Shown here in pieces: positions 57,259 through 64,000 of a DNA stretch of 64,000 nt. Origin of the DNA: Verrucomicrobiota bacterium (GTDB lineage Bacteria; Verrucomicrobiota; Verrucomicrobiia; Limisphaerales; J093). A model generated the notes under the pieces. The model saw nothing but the letters and a program-made list of their open reading frames with translations, was not told the DNA's origin and searched no databases. Position 1 is the first letter of the stretch, and the number at the start of each line of letters is the position of its first letter. Where the stretch lies: NCBI GenBank assembly GCA_050012855.1, contig JBEKGJ010000002.1:24842-88841 (forward strand), written 5' to 3'. Position numbers and translations under genes: made by a program.

Positions 57259-57480
57259 GTGACCGCCGAACCAAACCAGACCGCAGGGCCAACCGGCAAA
57301 TCACACAGCCACCACTTGTCCAGCGACGGCAAATGGCGCTCGTTTCCAAAGATCCCGCACTTGCTGCAGTACGTCAGCAGGGAAACCTTCTACGGGAGAA
57401 CCAAGGTCAATGGCAAGATCATTCGCCAGATCGCCAGATCATTCGACAGAGCCTTGAAACCGCTTCATGCATACGCGCTG
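57259..57480 (+). pseudogene. Relic of a second integrase (N-terminal ~50 codons only, frameshifted)
   Basis: GKWRSFPKIPHLLQYVSRETFYGRTKVNGKIIRQ, then after a 20-nt offset duplication (GATCATTCGCC at 57417 and GATCATTCGAC at 57437) the reading SLET continues in another frame. No catalytic domain follows. Confidence 0.45.
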
Positions 57481-57502
57481 AATCGCAGCGCGCGGGGATG
57501 CC

Positions 57503-57531
57503 TTGACACACCGGTAGTGCGGGCGTAGAGG
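57503..57531 (+). promoter_or_regulatory. Candidate promoter of the first H-X9-DG gene
   Basis: GCCTTGACA (-35 at 57503-57508), 17-nt spacer, TAGAGG (57526-57531). The ATG lies 7 nt downstream. Almost the same pattern occurs at 58415-58443. Confidence 0.35.
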
Positions 57532-57538
57532 AGCGGGC

Positions 57539-58282
57539 ATGCCCTTGGGAATGGTCAACTACCCTCCTGCCACCCGCGCGTTTTTTCGCCGTGGCCGGGC
57601 ATTCACGTTGATCGAATTGCTGGTGGTTATTGCCATCATTGCGATTCTCGCGGGGTTGCTGTTGCCGGTGCTGGCGAAGGCGCGCGAAGCCTCGCGGAAG
57701 GTCAGTTGCCTGAACAACCTGCACCAGTTGGCGCTGGCCTGTTCCACTTATTCGCTGGATCAAAGCGGCCGTTACCCCTGGTTTCTGACGTGGCTGGCCA
57801 CCAAGCCGGGCCAGCTCACCAGCGGGGTGATCTATCCCTATCTGAACTCGAAGCCGGTTTACCTGTGCCCGACCGACAAGCTGCTCCTGAGCATGAAGGG
57901 TTATGTGTCCCCGGCGGCGCCGACCACCATGCCGTTTGGCAACAGCAATTACCCGCGCGACTACAGCTACGCGATCAACTGCGGCCTGTGCCACGTGAGC
58001 GATGTGTCACGGTTCCTCTCGCCGTCGCAGACGCTCCTGCACATGGAGGCCGACCTGGCGAAGAACGATTACAGCGGGCAGGTGGGGCCGACGTTCGCCA
58101 CGCACGCGCTCTCGACCCGGCACAACGGGCGGGGGCACCTTCTGTTCTCCGATCTGCACCTCGAAACCATGAACGCCGCGGCGGCGGTGAAAATCGAGCG
58201 CAGCAAACGCTTCTGGTTTCCGACCGCCGACACCACCGGCCAGAACGGCATGGCCATCGGCGCCAACCTGCCCGATCCATGA
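57539..58282 (+). CDS. Prepilin-type N-terminal cleavage/methylation domain protein (H-X9-DG/DUF1559 family)
   Basis: [45 protein letters not shown]; C-terminal [13 protein letters not shown]. Confidence 0.85.
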   Translation: MPLGMVNYPPATRAFFRRGRAFTLIELLVVIAIIAILAGLLLPVLAKAREASRKVSCLNNLHQLALACSTYSLDQSGRYPWFLTWLATKPGQLTSGVIYPYLNSKPVYLCPTDKLLLSMKGYVSPAAPTTMPFGNSNYPRDYSYAINCGLCHVSDVSRFLSPSQTLLHMEADLAKNDYSGQVGPTFATHALSTRHNGRGHLLFSDLHLETMNAAAAVKIERSKRFWFPTADTTGQNGMAIGANLPDP

Positions 58283-58414
58283 CGCCGGGCGCGGGGCAGT
58301 GTCCTGTTTTGGTGAGGCTCCGACGAGCCGGCTCAACGTGAGCTCGTTGACACGGCTCGCGAGGACGCTCGCCACCGGTAAATAGAAGCAGGACACTACC
58401 GGACGCGGGACGCC

Positions 58415-58443
58415 TTGACAGGCCGGCACACGGGGCGTAGTAA
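58415..58443 (+). promoter_or_regulatory. Candidate promoter of the second H-X9-DG gene
   Basis: GCCTTGACA (-35 at 58415-58420), 17-nt spacer, TAGTAA (58438-58443). GGAGAG at 58459-58464 precedes the ATG at 58473. Confidence 0.35.
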
Positions 58444-58472
58444 CAATTAAAATCAATTGGAGAGCGACTGCG

Positions 58473-59297
58473 ATGGAACTTCAAATTGCCCCTCCCGTGA
58501 AGCGCACCACCCGGCGTCGCGGCTTTACCTTGATCGAACTGCTGGTGGTCATCGCCATCATCGCGATCCTGGCCGCCCTGCTCCTGCCCGCCCTGGCCAA
58601 AGCCAAGGCCAAGGCCAAGCAGACCGCCTGCATCAACAACCTCCGCCAGCTTGGGATTGCCACCCTCATGTATGTGGGCGACAACCGGGTTTACCCCGGC
58701 AGCGGCTCGGTCGTGGGCAGCTACTATTATGTCTGGCCGATCCGGCTCTTCCAGCAGATGGGCACCAACCGGGCGGTGTTTTACTGCCCGGCGGCGGTTC
58801 CCAACGCGGCGTGGGACACGAACGTGAACAAGACCCTCGGCGGCACATCTCCCTTCGGCGGCTATGATCCGTGGGCCATTACCAGCAACTCGCGCTTTTC
58901 CTACGGCGACAACGACTGGGGCCTGGACCTCAACCACAAGCCGCAGCTCGGCCTGGGGGGTGACATTGATGGAGGCCTTTATCAGGGGCCGGTGACCGAA
59001 ACCATGGTGGTCGCCCCCAGCCAGATGATCATGCTGGCGGACACCCAAGCGCAGAAAACCGGCTATTCCTGGGAGGCCAACCTCGACCCGACCCAGGACA
59101 GTCAGTGGCCGTCCAACCGCCATAATCGCCGGACCGACATCATGTGCGCCGACGGCCATGCCGAAGAAGCCATCCGCAAGAACGTCATTGACCCCGCGAA
59201 TCAGCAGTGGCGCGCGCGGTGGAACAACGACAACCAGCCGCACCCGGAAATTACCTGGACGGTCAACTGGACCGAGGAAGTGCAACTCAATCCGTAA
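58473..59297 (+). CDS. Prepilin-type N-terminal cleavage/methylation domain protein (H-X9-DG family)
   Basis: [45 protein letters not shown]; exact H-X9-DG motif in [13 protein letters not shown]. Confidence 0.9.
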   Translation: MELQIAPPVKRTTRRRGFTLIELLVVIAIIAILAALLLPALAKAKAKAKQTACINNLRQLGIATLMYVGDNRVYPGSGSVVGSYYYVWPIRLFQQMGTNRAVFYCPAAVPNAAWDTNVNKTLGGTSPFGGYDPWAITSNSRFSYGDNDWGLDLNHKPQLGLGGDIDGGLYQGPVTETMVVAPSQMIMLADTQAQKTGYSWEANLDPTQDSQWPSNRHNRRTDIMCADGHAEEAIRKNVIDPANQQWRARWNNDNQPHPEITWTVNWTEEVQLNP

Positions 59298-59375
59298 GGC
59301 GGGTCACGCCGGCGGTTCCACGTAAAACACGCCTGACATCGCCCCGCTCGGGGCAGAGAATGCCACGCCAATAGC

Positions 59376-61142
59376 ATGGCGCTTTTTATTCACCGAACCG
59401 GCGCTTCCGATCACCGGGCTTCCGCGGGTTGGCGTGGGCTCCAACCAGCCCTTGTCCTCGGGTTGTTCATCTCGATCCCCATCGCCGTCTTCGGCGCGAA
59501 CGATGCCGCGGGCAAATTCGGCTCCCCGCGGGCTGACCAGCGTGTGGGCGTGCCTTTCGACCTGCAGGGTTTTATTGATGGACAGGTTGCCGCCGGCAAG
59601 ACACGTATTGTCGTGCCTCCGGCTCGTTACCGGGTCACCCCCCGGAATCGGCAGCACCTCGCGCTGCGCGGGTTGAAAGACGTCCAGATTATCGCCGACG
59701 GCGTTGAGATGATCTGCACCGAGACGACCCGCGCGTTGACCCTCAGCCATTGCACCAATGTCACGGTGCGGGGGCTGGTCATTGATTACGACCCGCTGCC
59801 GTTCACGCAGGGACGCATCACCGGGTTCTCGGCCGACAAGAAAATCCACGAGGTTGAGTTGTTCGCGGGTTATCCCGCCGCGGCGGCGGTGCGCAACTTC
59901 AAATATGAAATCTTCCGGCCCGACACCCGCACGCTGCGCGGTGACGACCGTTATCCGGAGAAGGTGGAGGTCGTGGACGCCCGGCACATCCGCATCATCG
60001 TCCCCGGCGGCCACGCCAACGACGCCGAACAGGTCGGTGACTTGATCGTGATCGGCGCCGAAGATGCGCCGCACGGCAGCATCCCCCACGCCGTCGAATG
60101 CAATCACAGCGTCAACGTGCGTCTCGAACGCATCGTTCTTTACGCCTCCAATTGCTTTGGGTTCATCGAGTCCGAGTGCAACGGCACCATTTACGACCAC
60201 TGCCGGATTGACCGGCGGCCGGCAGCGAGCGACCCGGTCCCGCGCGCCGACCCGCGGCTGCGCTCGCTCGATGCGGATGCTTATCACAGCATCGGCGCCA
60301 TGAAGGGCCCGTCCTACCTCGGCTGCACGGCGCGGTTCATGGGCGACGATGCCATCAACATCCACGGCGACTACGACATGATTATGGCGTCGCAGGGGCG
60401 TGCGCTCCGGGTGCTGGCCAAGGGCGGCTTGAACATCCACGCCGACGACCCGGTGGAACTGGTCAGCTACGATGGCCGTCGGCTGCCTGACGCCCGCGCC
60501 GTGGCCATCACATCGGCCGGAACGATCCGGGACGACGAGCGCGCCTTCCTGGGGCGGCAGCGTTTGGACGAGGGCCTGCGGACCGCACGCGGCGCGCTCA
60601 ACCACGCCTACACGATCACGCTCGATCGGGCGGTGGACCTTCCCACCGGCAGCGTGATCTGCGCGGCCAACCGCATCGGCAACGGCTTCCGGGTGAACGA
60701 CTGCGAGTTTGGGTTCAACCGCTCGCGCGGCATCCTGATCAAGGCGAGCCACGGCGAAGTGGTCGGGAACCGCCTCGAAGGCTGTCGGATGTCCGCCATC
60801 CTGGTTTCGCCGGAATACTGGTGGCTGGAAGCCGGCAGCAGCAGCGACGTGCGCATCACCGGAAACACGATCACCGCCTGCCTGGGCACCGCCATCAACA
60901 TCGAAGCCATGGGCGGTGACGGTCAAATCACGCCGGCGGGCGCCCACCGCGATATTGCGATCACCGACAATACCATCGCGGAATGTCCGCTGCCGGCCAT
61001 TCGGGTGACTTCGACCGACGGCCTGCGCCTCGAACATAATCGCGTCGGGTCGCCCGGGTCGGGGAACCCAGCGACACGCGGCGCCGGAAAAGAACCGGTT
61101 CAAGTGATCAATTGCGCCAACGTCACGCCGGGGAACCGGTGA
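59376..61142 (+). CDS. Secreted right-handed parallel beta-helix repeat protein (pectate-lyase fold, probable glycanase)
   Basis: Repeating coils such as CTNVTVRGLVID, SVNVRLERIVLY, NRSRGILIKASHGEVVGNRLEG, SSSDVRITGNTITAC and RDIAITDNTIAEC. Confidence 0.78.
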   Translation: MALFIHRTGASDHRASAGWRGLQPALVLGLFISIPIAVFGANDAAGKFGSPRADQRVGVPFDLQGFIDGQVAAGKTRIVVPPARYRVTPRNRQHLALRGLKDVQIIADGVEMICTETTRALTLSHCTNVTVRGLVIDYDPLPFTQGRITGFSADKKIHEVELFAGYPAAAAVRNFKYEIFRPDTRTLRGDDRYPEKVEVVDARHIRIIVPGGHANDAEQVGDLIVIGAEDAPHGSIPHAVECNHSVNVRLERIVLYASNCFGFIESECNGTIYDHCRIDRRPAASDPVPRADPRLRSLDADAYHSIGAMKGPSYLGCTARFMGDDAINIHGDYDMIMASQGRALRVLAKGGLNIHADDPVELVSYDGRRLPDARAVAITSAGTIRDDERAFLGRQRLDEGLRTARGALNHAYTITLDRAVDLPTGSVICAANRIGNGFRVNDCEFGFNRSRGILIKASHGEVVGNRLEGCRMSAILVSPEYWWLEAGSSSDVRITGNTITACLGTAINIEAMGGDGQITPAGAHRDIAITDNTIAECPLPAIRVTSTDGLRLEHNRVGSPGSGNPATRGAGKEPVQVINCANVTPGNR

Positions 61143-61453
61143 TTCTTGAGGTGGCTGCCCGACCGCCGGTCGGACAGTTGTTCGGTGCGACCTGGCGGTC
61201 CGCGACCCACCACCGTGATCCGTTGCGGGAATCAGGGGAGCGCGGGCCTCTGGCCTGCCGTTCGCCGTGTCTCGCGGCGAACTTCCGGAGGAGGTGGACG
61301 CCGGAAATTCCTCAATCGTGGAAACGGTCGTTCGCCGTGGCCGACGGCGAGGACGCCGTCGGCAGCGCCCGGGCGGTCCACGCCTTCCCTTGGTTTCCTT
61401 GGGGCCCGGCTTTGGGCTGGGCAAGGGGTGCGCCACGGTTTAGTTTCAAGTCT

Positions 61454-62080
61454 GTGAATCGCTCGAGGTTCAAACCGGTCTGGCTGGCGCTCGGCGGTCT
61501 GGTCCTGGCCTGGGTGCTGGCCACGGGCGGCTACGTGATTGCCCGGAGCACGCGCGTCACCGCCGAGAAGGTCCGCGCCTATCTGCGGGCCGTGGACTTC
61601 GCGCGGCTCAACGGCAGCGAGCGCGAGCGCGCGCTGCGTGAGTTGGCCCGCCAACTGAACGCGCTCTCTCTCGAGGAACGCCGCAACGCCCGGTTTGACC
61701 GCGAGTGGTCACGCTGGTTCGCCGCCATGACCGAGGACGAGAAGCGGGGGTTCATCGAGGCCACCATGCCCACCGGCGTCAAGCAGATGCTCACCAGCTT
61801 TGAGCAATTGCCCGCGGAGCGCCGCCGCAAAGCCGTGGACAACGCGCTGAAGCGGTTGAAGGAGGCCCGCGAGGATCTCGACCGCGGCGCCGCCATGCCG
61901 GCCGACCTGGATACGAACGGCCCGCCGGTCATATCCGAGGAAGTCCGCCGGACGATCACGACGGTCGGTTTGCGCACCTACTACAGTTCGAGTTCAGCGG
62001 AGATGAAGGCGGAGCTGGCGCCGGTACTCGAAGAGCTGCAGCGCATGATGGAGCGCGGGGCGTTCCTGCGCGGGCAATGA
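61454..62080 (+). CDS. Hypothetical membrane-anchored protein
   Basis: A GTG at 61454 gives [30 protein letters not shown] (TM anchor) followed by a charged helical region. The upstream part of ORF 61112..62080 looks non-coding. Its stop overlaps the next gene's start. Confidence 0.5.
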   Translation: MNRSRFKPVWLALGGLVLAWVLATGGYVIARSTRVTAEKVRAYLRAVDFARLNGSERERALRELARQLNALSLEERRNARFDREWSRWFAAMTEDEKRGFIEATMPTGVKQMLTSFEQLPAERRRKAVDNALKRLKEAREDLDRGAAMPADLDTNGPPVISEEVRRTITTVGLRTYYSSSSAEMKAELAPVLEELQRMMERGAFLRGQ

Positions 62081-62679
62081 GCGCCCCGGTGAACCATTCG
62101 ACGGCACGGGCGGCGACCGGCCGAGCTCGTTTCGGTGCCTTCACGCTCGTCGAACTGCTGGTCGTGATCGCTGTCATCGGCATCCTCGCCGGGCTCCTGC
62201 TGCCGGCGCTGGGCCGGTCCACCGAGGGCGGCCGCTCGACCGCCTGCCTGGGCAACCTCCACCAGTGCGGCCTCGCTTTGCAGCTCTATGTCGCGGATTC
62301 CAACAACCGCCTGCCGTTCATGCGCGACGCCCGGTCGGACACCAACGCGCCGCCGCCCGCGGACGCCCTGCCCTCGGTGGACCTCGTGCTTTCGAATTAC
62401 CTCGGCAATGTGAACGTCCTCCGCTGTCCGTCCGACCGGAAGGGCATCTTCGAGCGGACGCGTTCGAGCTATGCCTGGAACAGTCTGCTCAACGGCCAGG
62501 ATGCCGACCATTTGCGCGTCCTGGGCCTCGATTTCGATCCGCACCAGATTCCGTTGCTGTTCGACAAGGAGGCCTTCCACCGGGCCCGCGGCGACAAGAA
62601 GGGCGTCAATTACCTCTACGCCGACGGCCACCTCAGGAACCTCCTCACGATCGAAGGTGTGATCGGGAAATCGCCGTGA
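62077..62679 (+). CDS. Prepilin-type N-terminal cleavage/methylation domain protein (H-X9-DG-like)
   Basis: [44 protein letters not shown]; C-terminal [14 protein letters not shown]. Confidence 0.85.
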   Translation: MSAPVNHSTARAATGRARFGAFTLVELLVVIAVIGILAGLLLPALGRSTEGGRSTACLGNLHQCGLALQLYVADSNNRLPFMRDARSDTNAPPPADALPSVDLVLSNYLGNVNVLRCPSDRKGIFERTRSSYAWNSLLNGQDADHLRVLGLDFDPHQIPLLFDKEAFHRARGDKKGVNYLYADGHLRNLLTIEGVIGKSP

Positions 62680-63593
62680 TTGACCTGCGCCATGTGACCA
62701 AGCGCTTCGGCGCGCGCCTGGCGGTGGACGACCTTTCGCTCCGCGTGCCGGCGGGTGAGATTTTCGGGCTGCTCGGACACAATGGCGCCGGCAAGAGCAC
62801 CGCCATCGGCATGATGCTGGGGCAGGTGTGGCCCACCGCCGGCGAGGTCTTCATTGGCGGCGCGGACGTCGGGCGCGACCGTCGCCGGGCCCTGGGCAAG
62901 GTGGGGGCGATCTTCGAGACGCCGACGTTCTACGAGTATTTGAGCGGCTGGCAGAACCTGCGCATCCTGGCCCACTACACCGCGCCGACGCCGGCCGCGC
63001 GCCTGCGCGAGGTCGTGGAATGGGTGGGCCTGACCGGGCGGGAAAAATCTCCGGTGCGCACCTACTCGCACGGAATGCGCGCGCGGCTGGCGCTGGCGCA
63101 GGCGTTGTTGCCCGCGCCGGAACTCCTCATCCTCGACGAGCCGGGCGAGGGGCTCGATCCCGAAGGCATCGCGGAAATGCGACACACCATCCTCCGCCTG
63201 CACCGCGAACTGGGACTTACGATTTTGCTGTCCTCGCACCTCCTCACCGAGGTGGAGCAGATTTGCACGCGCATCAGCGTCCTGAAGTCGGGGCGGAAGG
63301 TGTTTGAAGGGACCCTGGCCGAGGCGAAGCGGGACAGCAATTGGCTGCGGGTCGAGGTCGGCGATTTTCGGGGGGCCATCGCGGTGCTGGTCGAGGCCGG
63401 CTTGATCAAGCAGTCCAAAGCGGGCGGCTGGCTGGAACTGGCCGATGAGGTCGGGCCGGAACGGGTGGTGCGCCGGCTCGTGGAAGCGGGCATCGCCGTG
63501 TTTGCGGTGACCCGCGCCCAGCCCACGCTCGAGGAATTCTACCTGTCGCTGGTGCGGCCGGACGCCGCCGGGCCGGCCTCCGGCGGCGACTAG
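62676..63593 (+). CDS. ABC transporter ATP-binding protein (ABC-2 type)
   Basis: A GTG start overlaps the upstream stop (GTGA). Walker [10 protein letters not shown], signature [15 protein letters not shown], Walker [13 protein letters not shown]. Confidence 0.9.
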   Translation: MIDLRHVTKRFGARLAVDDLSLRVPAGEIFGLLGHNGAGKSTAIGMMLGQVWPTAGEVFIGGADVGRDRRRALGKVGAIFETPTFYEYLSGWQNLRILAHYTAPTPAARLREVVEWVGLTGREKSPVRTYSHGMRARLALAQALLPAPELLILDEPGEGLDPEGIAEMRHTILRLHRELGLTILLSSHLLTEVEQICTRISVLKSGRKVFEGTLAEAKRDSNWLRVEVGDFRGAIAVLVEAGLIKQSKAGGWLELADEVGPERVVRRLVEAGIAVFAVTRAQPTLEEFYLSLVRPDAAGPASGGD

Positions 63594-63612
63594 ACGACCG
63601 GCGCGTTCCGTC

Positions 63613-64000
63613 ATGTTTTTGCTCCAACTCCGCAACGAGCTGATCAAGCTGTTCGGCAAGAAGCGAACCTACATCGGGTTCGCCATGTTCCTGCTGGCGC
63701 AGAATCTCATCGCCGTCGTGTTTCGTTTCACGCACGCGATGACGCCGCTGCGGCGGATGCTGGAGAGCAGCAGCCAGGAGGTGGCGGCGTACCTGTCGGC
63801 GCTGACCATCGCCACGATCATGATGATGCCGCTGGCGGCCTTTCTGCTGCCCCTGTACGTGGCGCTGATCGGCGGGGACCTGGTGGCCAAGGAGGCGGAG
63901 GACGGCACGCTGCGGATGATCCTGTCGCGGCCGATCGGGCGGGCCCGGCTGCTGGCGGTGAAATGGGTGGCCGGCGCGATCTTCGCGCTGGCCCTTTCGC
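63613..64000 (+). CDS. ABC-2 type transporter permease; 3' end runs off the window
   Basis: Manual translation from the ATG at 63613: MFLLQLRNELIKLFGKKRTYIGFAMFLLAQNLIAVVF...GGDLVAKEAEDGTLRMILSRPIGRARLL. This is the typical N-terminus of ABC-2 permeases that follow such ATPases. Confidence 0.72.
   Translation, partial: MFLLQLRNELIKLFGKKRTYIGFAMFLLAQNLIAVVFRFTHAMTPLRRMLESSSQEVAAYLSALTIATIMMMPLAAFLLPLYVALIGGDLVAKEAEDGTLRMILSRPIGRARLLAVKWVAGAIFALALS

Noticed and set aside
61112-61453. N-terminal 114 codons of ORF 61112..62080.
   Set aside because: This part overlaps the end of the beta-helix gene and is Arg/Pro/Gly-rich. The TM anchor that makes biological sense starts at the GTG at 61454, so only the downstream part is called, and with modest confidence.

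Overview
High-GC chromosomal segment (GC judged by eye, not computed) that looks like a PVC-superphylum, Verrucomicrobiota-like genome. Evidence for that: three prepilin-type H-X9-DG proteins, many secreted beta-propeller/LRR/Ig/FG-GAP proteins, and GH95 and GH3 glycosidases. About 50 CDS are supported. Most other long ORFs in the track are antisense shadows of real genes, as expected at this GC content. Core genes include panE (open at the left edge and absent from the ORF track), HU, psd-pssA, clpP-clpX, ubiE/menG, an rluA-family synthase, a ppiD-like chaperone, a macro-domain protein, a PfkB kinase and an ECF sigma factor fused to a membrane domain. The stand-out feature is a ~17.5 kb integrated element (39682-57169). 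It is bounded by a perfect 40-bp direct repeat that corresponds to the 5' 40 nt of an intact tRNA-Leu(CAG). It carries a tyrosine integrase, a DUF433/DUF5615-type TA pair bracketed by its own ~250-bp repeats, a large type III-like R-M system (Mod+Res), a classic-clade AAA+ ATPase followed by a 484-aa orphan protein, an excisionase-like HTH gene and a Toprim/DUF3631-type primase. The AAA+ plus orphan pair is my best candidate for an undescribed defence module. A decayed second integrase just outside the right repeat suggests repeated use of the same tRNA site. Smaller observations: a duplicated promoter/leader cassette flanking an LRR gene, a heptanucleotide microsatellite, a recurring CCTTGAC-N17-TAG promoter pattern that often sits directly on the ATG, and several gene relics. 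No rRNA or CRISPR array was seen. All family assignments come from motifs read by eye, with no database search.
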